DNA from: the human T2T-CHM13v2.0 reference genome, Homo sapiens
Assembly (NCBI RefSeq): GCF_009914755.1
Contig: NC_060937.1
Direction: 5' to 3' (one strand)
Length of the DNA stretch: 64,000 nt
Position numbers and translations under genes: made by a program. The number at the start of each line of letters is the position of its first letter. Positions within the stretch are counted from its first letter, which is position 1. Below are positions 1 through 12,700 of the stretch, in pieces. The notes beneath the pieces are model-generated. The model made no database searches. It worked only from the letters and a program-made list of their open reading frames with translations, and was not told the origin of the DNA.

Positions 1-223
1 CATCACAAACAAGTTTCTGAGAATGCTTCTGTCTGGCTTTTATTGGAAGACGTTTCCTTTTCACCAAAGGCATCAAAGCGCTCCAAATGTCCACTTCCAG
101 ATTCTTCCAAAAGAGTGTTTGAAACGTGCTCAAAGTAAGGGAATGTTCAACTCTGTGACTTGAATGCAGATATCACCAAGTAGTTTCTAATAGTGCTTCT
201 GTCTAGATTTTAGATGATGATAT

Positions 224-240
224 TCCCGTTTCCAACGAAA
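224..240 (-). promoter_or_regulatory. CENP-B box (representative, A-variant)
   Basis: + strand TCCCGTTTCCAACGAAA = minus TTTCGTTGGAAACGGGA, matching YTTCGTTGGAARCGGGA. About 167 box positions are expected in the window by unit count (3 per A, 2 per B/B'/C, plus 2 in end partials). Confidence 0.97.
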
Positions 241-394
241 TCGTTAGAGCTATCCAAATATCCACTTACAGTTGCTACAAAAACAGTGTTTCCAAACTGC
301 TGCATCAAAAGAAAGGTTCAACTCTGTTAGTTGAGGACACACGTCACAAAGAAGTTTGTGAGAATGCTTCTGTCTAGATTTTGTATGACGATAT

Positions 395-411
395 TCCCTT
401 TTCCAACGATA
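395..411 (-). promoter_or_regulatory. Degenerate CENP-B box, present once in every A block
   Basis: TCCCTTTTCCAACGATA lies exactly 171 bp after the box at 224. Core positions of both TTCG and CGGG are altered. The alternative allele TCCCTTTTCCAGCGATA occurs in 11-mer-type copies. Confidence 0.88.
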
Positions 412-732
412 TCATTAAAGCAATCTAAATATCCATTTGCAGAATCCACAAAAATAGAGTTTCAAAGCTGCTCTGTAAAAAGAAAGGTTCCACTCTGTTA
501 GCTGAGTACACACATCACAAACTTGTTTCTCAGAATCCTTCTGTCTCGTTTTTATGGGAAGATATTTACTTTTTCACCGTAGGCATCAAAGCGCTCCAAA
601 TGTCCACATCCAGATACTCCAGAAAGAGTGTTTCAAACCTGCTCTATGAAAGGGAATCTTCAACTCTATGAGTTGAATGCAGACATCAGAAAGAAATTTC
701 TGAGAATGCTGCTGTCTACCTTTTATTTGAAT

Positions 733-749
733 TCCCGCTTCCAACGAAA
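733..749 (-). promoter_or_regulatory. CENP-B box (representative, G-variant, overlapping an EcoRI site)
   Basis: TCCCGCTTCCAACGAAA = minus TTTCGTTGGAAGCGGGA. A second identical box is at 1073-1089. Confidence 0.97.
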
Positions 750-905
750 TCCTCCAAGCTATCCAAATATCCACTTGCAGATTCCACAAAAAGAGTGTTT
801 CAAAACTGCTCTCTATCAATGGCAAAGTTCAACTCTGTTAGTTGAGGACACATATCACCAACAAGTTTCTGAGAATGCTTCTGTCTATTTTTTATGGGAA
901 GATAT

Positions 906-922
906 TTCCTTTTTCACCGTAG
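906..922 (-). promoter_or_regulatory. pJ-alpha-type box of an A-type monomer (representative)
   Basis: Minus strand CTACGGTGAAAAAGGAA sits at the box-equivalent position of the monomer lying between two CENP-B-box monomers. Confidence 0.75.
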
Positions 923-2965
923 GCGTCAAGGCGATCGAAATGTCCACTTCCACAAACTACAAAAAGAGTGTTTCAAACCTGCTCTATGAAAGGCCATGTT
1001 CATCTCTATGAGTCGAATGGAAATATCCGAAAGAAATTTCTGGGAATGCTGCTGTCTAGTTTTTATACGAATTCCCGCTTCCAACGAAATCCTCAAAGCA
1101 ATCCAAATATCCACTTGCAGAATCCACAAAAAGAGTGTTTCAAAACTGCTCTATCAATAGAAAGGTTCAACTCTTTTAGTTGAGTACACACATCACAAAC
1201 AAGTTTCTGAGAATGCTTCTGTCTGGCTTTTATTGGAAGACGTTTCCTTTTCACCAAAGGCATCAAAGCGCTCCAAATGTCCACTTCCAGATTCTTCCAA
1301 AAGAGTGTTTGAAACGTGCTCAAAGTAAGGGAATGTTCAACTCTGTGACTTGAATGCAGATATCACCAAGTAGTTTCTAATAGTGCTTCTGTCTAGATTT
1401 TAGATGATGATATTCCCGTTTCCAACGAAATCGTTAGAGCTATCCAAATATCCACTTACAGTTGCTACAAAAACAGTGTTTCCAAACTGCTGCATCAAAA
1501 GAAAGGTTCAACTCTGTTAGTTGAGGACACACGTCACAAAGAAGTTTGTGAGAATGCTTCTGTCTAGATTTTGTATGACGATATTCCCTTTTCCAACGAT
1601 ATCATTAAAGCAATCTAAATATCCATTTGCAGAATCCACAAAAATAGAGTTTCAAAGCTGCTCTGTAAAAAGAAAGGTTCCACTCTGTTAGCTGAGTACA
1701 CACATCACAAACTTGTTTCTCAGAATCCTTCTGTCTCGTTTTTCTGGGAAGATATTTACTTTTTCACCGTAGGCATCAAAGCGCTCCAAATGTCCACATC
1801 CAGATACTCCAGAAAGAGTGTTTCAAACCTGCTCTATGAAAGGGAATCTTCAACTCTATGAGTTGAATGCAGACATCAGAAAGAAATTTCTGAGAATGCT
1901 GCTGTCTACCTTTTATTTGAATTCCCGCTTCCAACGAAATCCTCCAAGCTATCCAAATATCCACTTGCAGATTCCACAAAAAGAGTGTTTCAAAACTGCT
2001 CTCTATCAATGGCAAAGTTCAACTCTGTTAGTTGAGGACACATATCACCAACAAGTTTCTGAGAATGCTTCTGTCTATTTTTTATGGGAAGATATTTCCT
2101 TTTTCACCGTAGGCGTCAAGGCGATCGAAATGTCCACTTCCACAAACTACAAAAAGAGTGTTTCAAACCTGCTCTATGAAAGGCCATGTTCATCTCTATG
2201 AGTCGAATGGAAATATCCGAAAGAAATTTCTGGGAATGCTGCTGTCTAGTTTTTATACGAATTCCCGCTTCCAACGAAATCCTCAAAGCAATCCAAATAT
2301 CCACTTGCAGAATCCACAAAAAGAGTGTTTCAAAACTGCTCTATCAATAGAAAGGTTCAACTCTTTTAGTTGAGTACACACATCACAAACAAGTTTCTGA
2401 GAATGCTTCTGTCTGGCTTTTATTGGAAGACGTTTCCTTTTCACCAAAGGCATCAAAGCGCTCCAAATGTCCACTTCCAGATTCTTCCAAAAGAGTGTTT
2501 GAAACGTGCTCAAAGTAAGGGAATGTTCAACTCTGTGACTTGAATGCAGATATCACCAAGTAGTTTCTAATAGTGCTTCTGTCTAGATTTTAGATGATGA
2601 TATTCCCGTTTCCAACGAAATCGTTAGAGCTATCCAAATATCCACTTACAGTTTCTACAAAAAGAGTGTTTCCAAACTGCTGCATCAAAAGAAAGGTTCA
2701 ACTCTGTTAGTTGAGGACACACGTCACAAAGAAGTTTGTGAGAATGCTTCTGTCTATATTTTGTATGACCATATTCCCTTTTCCAGCGATATCATTAAAG
2801 CAATCTAAATATCCATTTGCAGAATCCACAAAAATAGAGTTTCAAAGCTGCTCTGTAAAAAGAAAGGTTCCACTCTGTTAGCTGAGTACACACATCACAA
2901 ACTTGTTTCTCAGAATCCTTCTGTCTCGTTTTTATGGGAAGATATTTACTTTTTCACCGTAGGCA

Positions 2966-3645
2966 TCAAAGCGCTCCAAATGTCCACATCCAGATACTCC
3001 AGAAAGAGTGTTTCAAACCTGCTCTATGAAAGGGAATCTTCAACTCTATGAGTTGAATGCAGACATCAGAAAGAAATTTCTGAGAATGCTGCTGTCTACC
3101 TTTTATTTGAATTCCCGCTTCCAACGAAATCCTCCAAGCTATCCAAATATCCACCTGCATTTTCCACAAAAAGAGCGTTTCAAAACTGCTCTATCAATAG
3201 AAATGTTCAACTCCTTTGGCTGGGTACACACATCACAAACAAGTTTCTGAGAATGCTTCTGTCTAGTTTTTATGGGAAGACATTCCCTTTTTCACCAAAG
3301 GCATCAAAGCGCTCCAAATGTCCACTTCCAGACACTACAAAAAGAGTGTTTCCAACGTGCTCTAAGAAAGCGAATGTTCAACTCTGTGACTTGAATGCAG
3401 ATATCACAAAGTAGTTTCTGAGAGGGCTTCTGTCTAGATTTTAGATGATGATATTCCCGTTTCCAACGAAATCATTAGAGCTATCCAAATATCCACTTAC
3501 AGTTTCTACAAAAAGAGTGTTTCCAAACTGCTGCATCAAAAGAGAGGTTCCACTCTGTTAGCTGAGTACACACATCACAAACTTGTTTCTCAGAATCCTT
3601 CTGTCTCGTTTTTCTGGGAAGATATTTACTTTTTCACCGTAGGCA
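2966..3645 (-). repeat. Representative 4-monomer block (B, 680 bp); 17 copies; A+B forms the 1870-bp 11-mer HOR
   Basis: Diagnostic ccacctgcattttcc, ctcctttggctgggtac, tctaagaaagcgaatg. Starts at 2966, 6026, 9086, 18774, 21834, 24894, 26764, 32882, 35942, 39002, 40872, 42742, 50901, 55151, 57021, 58891, 60761. CENP-B boxes at 3113 and 3455. Confidence 0.97.
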
Positions 3646-6600
3646 TCAAAGCGCTCCAAATGTCCACATCCAGATACTCCAGAAAGAGTGTTTCAAACCT
3701 GCTCTATGAAAGGGAATCTTCAACTCTATGAGTTGAATGCAGACATCAGAAAGAAATTTCTGAGAATGCTGCTGTCTACCTTTTATTTGAATTCCCGCTT
3801 CCAACGAAATCCTCCAAGCTATCCAAATATCCACTTGCAGATTCCACAAAAAGAGTGTTTCAAAACTGCTCTCTATCAATGGCAAAGTTCAACTCTGTTA
3901 GTTGAGGACACATATCACCAACAAGTTTCTGAGAATGCTTCTGTCTATTTTTTATGGGAAGATATTTCCTTTTTCACCGTAGGCGTCAAGGCGATCGAAA
4001 TGTCCACTTCCACAAACTACAAAAAGAGTGTTTCAAACCTGCTCTATGAAAGGCCATGTTCATGTCTATGAGTCGAATGGAAATATCCGAAAGAAATTTC
4101 TGGGAATGCTGCTGTCTAGTTTTTATACGAATTCCCGCTTCCAACGAAATCCTCAAAGCAATCCAAATATCCACTTGCAGAATCCACAAAAAGAGTGTTT
4201 CAAAACTGCTCTATCAATAGAAAGGTTCAACTCTTTTAGTTGAGTACACACATCACAAACAAGTTTCTGAGAATGCTTCTGTCTGGCTTTTATTGGAAGA
4301 CGTTTCCTTTTCACCAAAGGCATCAAAGCGCTCCAAATGTCCACTTCCAGATTCTTCCAAAAGAGTGTTTGAAACGTGCTCAAAGTAAGGGAATGTTCAA
4401 CTCTGTGACTTGAATGCAGATATCACCAAGTAGTTTCTAATAGTGCTTCTGTCTAGATTTTAGATGATGATATTCCCGTTTCCAACGAAATCGTTAGAGC
4501 TATCCAAATATCCACTTACAGTTGCTACAAAAACAGTGTTTCCAAACTGCTGCATCAAAAGAAAGGTTCAACTCTGTTAGTTGAGGACACACGTCACAAA
4601 GAAGTTTGTGAGAATGCTTCTGTCTAGATTTTGTATGACGATATTCCCTTTTCCAACGATATCATTAAAGCAATCTAAATATCCATTTGCAGAATCCACA
4701 AAAATAGAGTTTCAAAGCTGCTCTGTAAAAAGAAAGGTTCCACTCTGTTAGCTGAGTACACACATCACAAACTTGTTTCTCAGAATCCTTCTGTCTCGTT
4801 TTTATGGGAAGATATTTACTTTTTCACCGTAGGCATCAAAGCGCTCCAAATGTCCACATCCAGATACTCCAGAAAGAGTGTTTCAAACCTGCTCTATGAA
4901 AGGGAATCTTCAACTCTATGAGTTGAATGCAGACATCAGAAAGAAATTTCTGAGAATGCTGCTGTCTACCTTTTATTTGAATTCCCGCTTCCAACGAAAT
5001 CCTCCAAGCTATCCAAATATCCACTTGCAGATTCCACAAAAAGAGTGTTTCAAAACTGCTCTCTATCAATGGCAAAGTTCAACTCTGTTAGTTGAGGACA
5101 CATATCACCAACAAGTTTCTGAGAATGCTTCTGTCTATTTTTTATGGGAAGATATTTCCTTTTTCACCGTAGGCGTCAAGGCGATCGAAATGTCCACTTC
5201 CACAAACTACAAAAAGAGTGTTTCAAACCTGCTCTATGAAAGGCCATGTTCATCTCTATGAGTCGAATGGAAATATCCGAAAGAAATTTCTGGGAATGCT
5301 GCTGTCTAGTTTTTATACGAATTCCCGCTTCCAACGAAATCCTCAAAGCAATCCAAATATCCACTTGCAGAATCCACAAAAAGAGTGTTTCAAAACTGCT
5401 CTATCAATAGAAAGGTTCAACTCTTTTAGTTGAGTACACACATCACAAACAAGTTTCTGAGAATGCTTCTGTCTGGCTTTTATTGGAAGACGTTTCCTTT
5501 TCACCAAAGGCATCAAAGCGCTCCAAATGTCCACTTCCAGATTCTTCCAAAAGAGTGTTTGAAACGTGCTCAAAGTAAGGGAATGTTCAACTCTGTGACT
5601 TGAATGCAGATATCACCAAGTAGTTTCTAATAGTGCTTCTGTCTAGATTTTAGATGATGATATTCCCGTTTCCAACGAAATCGTTAGAGCTATCCAAATA
5701 TCCACTTACAGTTTCTACAAAAAGAGTGTTTCCAAACTGCTGCATCAAAAGAAAGGTTCAACTCTGTTAGTTGAGGACACACATCACAAAGAAGTTTGTG
5801 AGAATGCTTCTGTCTAGATTTTGTATGACCATATTCCCTTTTCCAGCGATATCATTAAAGCAATCTAAATATCCATTTGCAGAATCCACAAAAATAGAGT
5901 TTCAAAGCTGCTCTGTAAAAAGAAAGGTTCCACTCTGTTAGCTGAGTACACACATCACAAACTTGTTTCTCAGAATCCTTCTGTCTCGTTTTTCTGGGAA
6001 GATATTTACTTTTTCACCGTAGGCATCAAAGCGCTCCAAATGTCCACATCCAGATACTCCAGAAAGAGTGTTTCAAACCTGCTCTATGAAAGGGAATCTT
6101 CAACTCTATGAGTTGAATGCAGACATCAGAAAGAAATTTCTGAGAATGCTGCTGTCTACCTTTTATTTGAATTCCCGCTTCCAACGAAATCCTCCAAGCT
6201 ATCCAAATATCCACCTGCATTTTCCACAAAAAGAGCGTTTCAAAACTGCTCTATCAATAGAAATGTTCAACTCCTTTGGCTGGGTACACACATCACAAAC
6301 AAGTTTCTGAGAATGCTTCTGTCTAGTTTTTATGGGAAGACATTCCCTTTTTCACCAAAGGCATCAAAGCGCTCCAAATGTCCACTTCCAGACACTACAA
6401 AAAGAGTGTTTCCAACGTGCTCTAAGAAAGCGAATGTTCAACTCTGTGACTTGAATGCAGATATCACAAAGTAGTTTCTGAGAGGGCTTCTGTCTAGATT
6501 TTAGATGATGATATTCCCGTTTCCAACGAAATCATTAGAGCTATCCAAATATCCACTTACGGTTTCTACAAAAAGAGTGTTTCCAAACTGCTGCATCAAA

Positions 6601-9600
6601 AGAGAGGTTCCACTCTGTTAGCTGAGTACACACATCACAAACTTGTTTCTCAGAATCCTTCTGTCTCGTTTTTCTGGGAAGATATTTACTTTTTCACCGT
6701 AGGCATCAAAGCGCTCCAAATGTCCACATCCAGATACTCCAGAAAGAGTGTTTCAAACCTGCTCTATGAAAGGGAATCTTCAACTCTATGAGTTGAATGC
6801 AGACATCAGAAAGAAATTTCTGAGAATGCTGCTGTCTACCTTTTATTTGAATTCCCGCTTCCAACGAAATCCTCCAAGCTATCCAAATATCCACTTGCAG
6901 ATTCCACAAAAAGAGTGTTTCAAAACTGCTCTCTATCAATGGCAAAGTTCAACTCTGTTAGTTGAGGACACATATCACCAACAAGTTTCTGAGAATGCTT
7001 CTGTCTATTTTTTATGGGAAGATATTTCCTTTTTCACCGTAGGCGTCAAGGCGATCGAAATGTCCACTTCCACAAACTACAAAAAGAGTGTTTCAAACCT
7101 GCTCTATGAAAGGCCATGTTCATCTCTATGAGTCGAATGGAAATATCCGAAAGAAATTTCTGGGAATGCTGCTGTCTAGTTTTTATACGAATTCCCGCTT
7201 CCAACGAAATCCTCAAAGCAATCCAAATATCCACTTGCAGAATCCACAAAAAGAGTGTTTCAAAACTGCTCTATCAATAGAAAGGTTCAACTCTTTTAGT
7301 TGAGTACACACATCACAAACAAGTTTCTGAGAATGCTTCTGTCTGGCTTTTATTGGAAGACGTTTCCTTTTCACCAAAGGCATCAAAGCGCTCCAAATGT
7401 CCACTTCCAGATTCTTCCAAAAGAGTGTTTGAAACGTGCTCAAAGTAAGGGAATGTTCAACTCTGTGACTTGAATGCAGATATCACCAAGTAGTTTCTAA
7501 TAGTGCTTCTGTCTAGATTTTAGATGATGATATTCCCGTTTCCAACGAAATCGTTAGAGCTATCCAAATATCCACTTACAGTTGCTACAAAAACAGTGTT
7601 TCCAAACTGCTGCATCAAAAGAAAGGTTCAACTCTGTTAGTTGAGGACACACGTCACAAAGAAGTTTGTGAGAATGCTTCTGTCTAGATTTTGTATGACG
7701 ATATTCCCTTTTCCAACGATATCATTAAAGCAATCTAAATATCCATTTGCAGAATCCACAAAAATAGAGTTTCAAAGCTGCTCTGTAAAAAGAAAGGTTC
7801 CACTCTGTTAGCTGAGTACACACATCACAAACTTGTTTCTCAGAATCCTTCTGTCTCGTTTTTCTGGGAAGATATTTACTTTTTCACCGTAGGCATCAAA
7901 GCGCTCCAAATGTCCACATCCAGATACTCCAGAAAGAGTGTTTCAAACCTGCTCTATGAAAGGGAATCTTCAACTCTATGAGTTGAATGCAGACATCAGA
8001 AAGAAATTTCTGAGAATGCTGCTGTCTACCTTTTATTTGAATTCCCGCTTCCAACGAAATCCTCCAAGCTATCCAAATATCCACTTGCAGATTCCACAAA
8101 AAGAGTGTTTCAAAACTGCTCTCTATCAATGGCAAAGTTCAACTCTGTTAGTTGAGGACACATATCACCAACAAGTTTCTGAGAATGCTTCTGTCTATTT
8201 TTTATGGGAAGATATTTCCTTTTTCACCGTAGGCGTCAAGGCGATCGAAATGTCCACTTCCACAAACTACAAAAAGAGTGTTTCAAACCTGCTCTATGAA
8301 AGGCCATGTTCATCTCTATGAGTCGAATGGAAATATCCGAAAGAAATTTCTGGGAATGCTGCTGTCTAGTTTTTATACGAATTCCCGCTTCCAACGAAAT
8401 CCTCAAAGCAATCCAAATATCCACTTGCAGAATCCACAAAAAGAGTGTTTCAAAACTGCTCTATCAATAGAAAGGTTCAACTCTTTTAGTTGAGTACACA
8501 CATCACAAACAAGTTTCTGAGAATGCTTCTGTCTGGCTTTTATTGGAAGACGTTTCCTTTTCACCAAAGGCATCAAAGCGCTCCAAATGTCCACTTCCAG
8601 ATTCTTCCAAAAGAGTGTTTGAAACGTGCTCAAAGTAAGGGAATGTTCAACTCTGTGACTTGAATGCAGATATCACCAAGTAGTTTCTAATAGTGCTTCT
8701 GTCTAGATTTTAGATGATGATATTCCCGTTTCCAACGAAATCGTTAGAGCTATCCAAATATCCACTTACAGTTTCTACAAAAAGAGTGTTTCCAAACTGC
8801 TGCATCAAAAGAAAGGTTCAACTCTGTTAGTTGAGGACACACATCACAAAGAAGTTTGTGAGAATGCTTCTGTCTAGATTTTGTATGACCATATTCCCTT
8901 TTCCAGCGATATCATTAAAGCAATCTAAATATCCATTTGCAGAATCCACAAAAATAGAGTTTCAAAGCTGCTCTGTAAAAAGAAAGGTTCCACTCTGTTA
9001 GCTGAGTACACACATCACAAACTTGTTTCTCAGAATCCTTCTGTCTCGTTTTTATGGGAAGATATTTACTTTTTCACCGTAGGCATCAAAGCGCTCCAAA
9101 TGTCCACATCCAGATACTCCAGAAAGAGTGTTTCAAACCTGCTCTATGAAAGGGAATCTTCAACTCTATGAGTTGAATGCAGACATCAGAAAGAAATTTC
9201 TGAGAATGCTGCTGTCTACCTTTTATTTGAATTCCCGCTTCCAACGAAATCCTCCAAGCTATCCAAATATCCACCTGCATTTTCCACAAAAAGAGCGTTT
9301 CAAAACTGCTCTATCAATAGAAATGTTCAACTCCTTTGGCTGGGTACACACATCACAAACAAGTTTCTGAGAATGCTTCTGTCTAGTTTTTATGGGAAGA
9401 CATTCCCTTTTTCACCAAAGGCATCAAAGCGCTCCAAATGTCCACTTCCAGACACTACAAAAAGAGTGTTTCCAACGTGCTCTAAGAAAGCGAATGTTCA
9501 ACTCTGTGACTTGAATGCAGATATCACAAAGTAGTTTCTGAGAGGGCTTCTGTCTAGATTTTAGATGATGATATTCCCGTTTCCAACGAAATCATTAGAG

Positions 9601-9765
9601 CTATCCAAATATCCACTTACAGTTTCTACAAAAAGAGTGTTTCCAAACTGCTGCATCAAAAGAGAGGTTCCACTCTGTTAGCTGAGTACACACATCACAA
9701 ACTTGTTTCTCAGAATCCTTCTGTCTCGTTTTTATGGGAAGATATTTACTTTTTCACCGTAGGCA

Positions 9766-12700
9766 TCAAAGCGCTCCAAATGTCCACATCCAGATACTCC
9801 AGAAAGAGTGTTTCAAACCTGCTCTATGAAAGGGAATCTTCAACTCTATGAGTTGAATGCAGACATCAGAAAGAAATTTCTGAGAATGCTGCTGTCTACC
9901 TTTTATTTGAATTCCCGCTTCCAACGAAATCCTCCAAGCTATCCAAATATCCACTTGCAGATTCCACAAAAAGAGTGTTTCAAAACTGCTCTCTATCAAT
10001 GGCAAAGTTCAACTCTGTTAGTTGAGGACACATATCACCAACAAGTTTCTGAGAATGCTTCTGTCTATTTTTTATGGGAAGATATTTCCTTTTTCACCGT
10101 AGGCGTCAAGGCGATCGAAATGTCCACTTCCACAAACTACAAAAAGAGTGTTTCAAACCTGCTCTATGAAAGGCCATGTTCATCTCTATGAGTCGAATGG
10201 AAATATCCGAAAGAAATTTCTGGGAATGCTGCTGTCTAGTTTTTATACGAATTCCCGCTTCCAACGAAATCCTCAAAGCAATCCAAATATCCACTTGCAG
10301 AATCCACAAAAAGAGTGTTTCAAAACTGCTCTATCAATAGAAAGGTTCAACTCTTTTAGTTGAGTACACACATCACAAACAAGTTTCTGAGAATGCTTCT
10401 GTCTGGCTTTTATTGGAAGACGTTTCCTTTTCACCAAAGGCATCAAAGCGCTCCAAATGTCCACTTCCAGATTCTTCCAAAAGAGTGTTTGAAACGTGCT
10501 CAAAGTAAGGGAATGTTCAACTCTGTGACTTGAATGCAGATATCACCAAGTAGTTTCTAATAGTGCTTCTGTCTAGATTTTAGATGATGATATTCCCGTT
10601 TCCAACGAAATCGTTAGAGCTATCCAAATATCCACTTACAGTTGCTACAAAAACAGTGTTTCCAAACTGCTGCATCAAAAGAAAGGTTCAACTCTGTTAG
10701 TTGAGGACACACGTCACAAAGAAGTTTGTGAGAATGCTTCTGTCTAGATTTTGTATGACGATATTCCCTTTTCCAACGATATCATTAAAGCAATCTAAAT
10801 ATCCATTTGCAGAATCCACAAAAATAGAGTTTCAAAGCTGCTCTGTAAAAAGAAAGGTTCCACTCTGTTAGCTGAGTACACACATCACAAACTTGTTTCT
10901 CAGAATCCTTCTGTCTCGTTTTTATGGGAAGATATTTACTTTTTCACCGTAGGCATCAAAGCGCTCCAAATGTCCACATCCAGATACTCCAGAAAGAGTG
11001 TTTCAAACCTGCTCTATGAAAGGGAATCTTCAACTCTATGAGTTGAATGCAGACATCAGAAAGAAATTTCTGAGAATGCTGCTGTCTACCTTTTATTTGA
11101 ATTCCTGCTTCCAACGAAATCCTCCAAGCTATCCAAATATCCACTTGCAGATTCCACAAAAAGAGTGTTTCAAAACTGCTCTCTATCAATGGCAAAGTTC
11201 AACTCTGTTAGTTGAGGACACATATCACCAACAAGTTTCTGAGAATGCTTCTGTCTATTTTTTATGGGAAGATATTTCCTTTTTCACCGTAGGCGTCAAG
11301 GCGATCGAAATGTCCACTTCCACAAACTACAAAAAGAGTGTTTCAAACCTGCTCTATGAAAGGCCATGTTCATCTCTATGAGTCGAATGGAAATATCCGA
11401 AAGAAATTTCTGGGAATGCTGCTGTCTAGTTTTTATACGAATTCCCGCTTCCAACGAAATCCTCAAAGCAATCCAAATATCCACTTGCAGAATCCACAAA
11501 AAGAGTGTTTCAAAACTGCTCTATCAATAGAAAGGTTCAACTCTTTTAGTTGAGTACACACATCACAAACAAGTTTCTGAGAATGCTTCTGTCTGGCTTT
11601 TATTGGAAGACGTTTCCTTTTCACCAAAGGCATCAAAGCGCTCCAAATGTCCACTTCCAGATTCTTCCAAAAGAGTGTTTGAAACGTGCTCAAAGTAAGG
11701 GAATGTTCAACTCTGTGACTTGAATGCAGATATCACCAAGTAGTTTCTAATAGTGCTTCTGTCTAGATTTTAGATGATGATATTCCCGTTTCCAACGAAA
11801 TCGTTAGAGCTATCCAAATATCCACTTACAGTTGCTACAAAAACAGTGTTTCCAAACTGCTGCATCAAAAGAAAGGTTCAACTCTGTTAGTTGAGGACAC
11901 ACGTCACAAAGAAGTTTGTGAGAATGCTTCTGTCTAGATTTTGTATGACGATATTCCCTTTTCCAACGATATCATTAAAGCAATCTAAATATCCATTTGC
12001 AGAATCCACAAAAATAGAGTTTCAAAGCTGCTCTGTAAAAAGAAAGGTTCCACTCTGTTAGCTGAGTACACACATCACAAACTTGTTTCTCAGAATCCTT
12101 CTGTCTCGTTTTTATGGGAAGATATTTACTTTTTCACCGTAGGCATCAAAGCGCTCCAAATGTCCACATCCAGATACTCCAGAAAGAGTGTTTCAAACCT
12201 GCTCTATGAAAGGGAATCTTCAACTCTATGAGTTGAATGCAGACATCAGAAAGAAATTTCTGAGAATGCTGCTGTCTACCTTTTATTTGAATTCCCGCTT
12301 CCAACGAAATCCTCCAAGCTATCCAAATATCCACTTGCAGATTCCACAAAAAGAGTGTTTCAAAACTGCTCTCTATCAATGGCAAAGTTCAACTCTGTTA
12401 GTTGAGGACACATATCACCAACAAGTTTCTGAGAATGCTTCTGTCTATTTTTTATGGGAAGATATTTCCTTTTTCACCGTAGGCGTCAAGGCGATCGAAA
12501 TGTCCACTTCCACAAACTACAAAAAGAGTGTTTCAAACCTGCTCTATGAAAGGCCATGTTCATCTCTATGAGTCGAATGGAAATATCCGAAAGAAATTTC
12601 TGGGAATGCTGCTGTCTAGTTTTTATACGAATTCCCGCTTCCAACGAAATCCTCAAAGCAATCCAAATATCCACTTGCAGAATCCACAAAAAGAGTGTTT

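Larger units (their letters stand above)
586..1775 (-). repeat. Representative 7-monomer block (A, 1190 bp); 41 complete copies in the window
   Basis: ORF set 586/628/926/968/1093 repeats at +1190 (1776/1818/...). Carries 3 intact CENP-B boxes (733, 1073, 1414) and one degenerate box (1585). Confidence 0.97.
586..9765 (-). repeat. (A-A-B)x3 run: 3060-bp, 18-monomer super-period
   Basis: B blocks at 2966, 6026, 9086, spaced 3060 bp apart. Confidence 0.95.
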
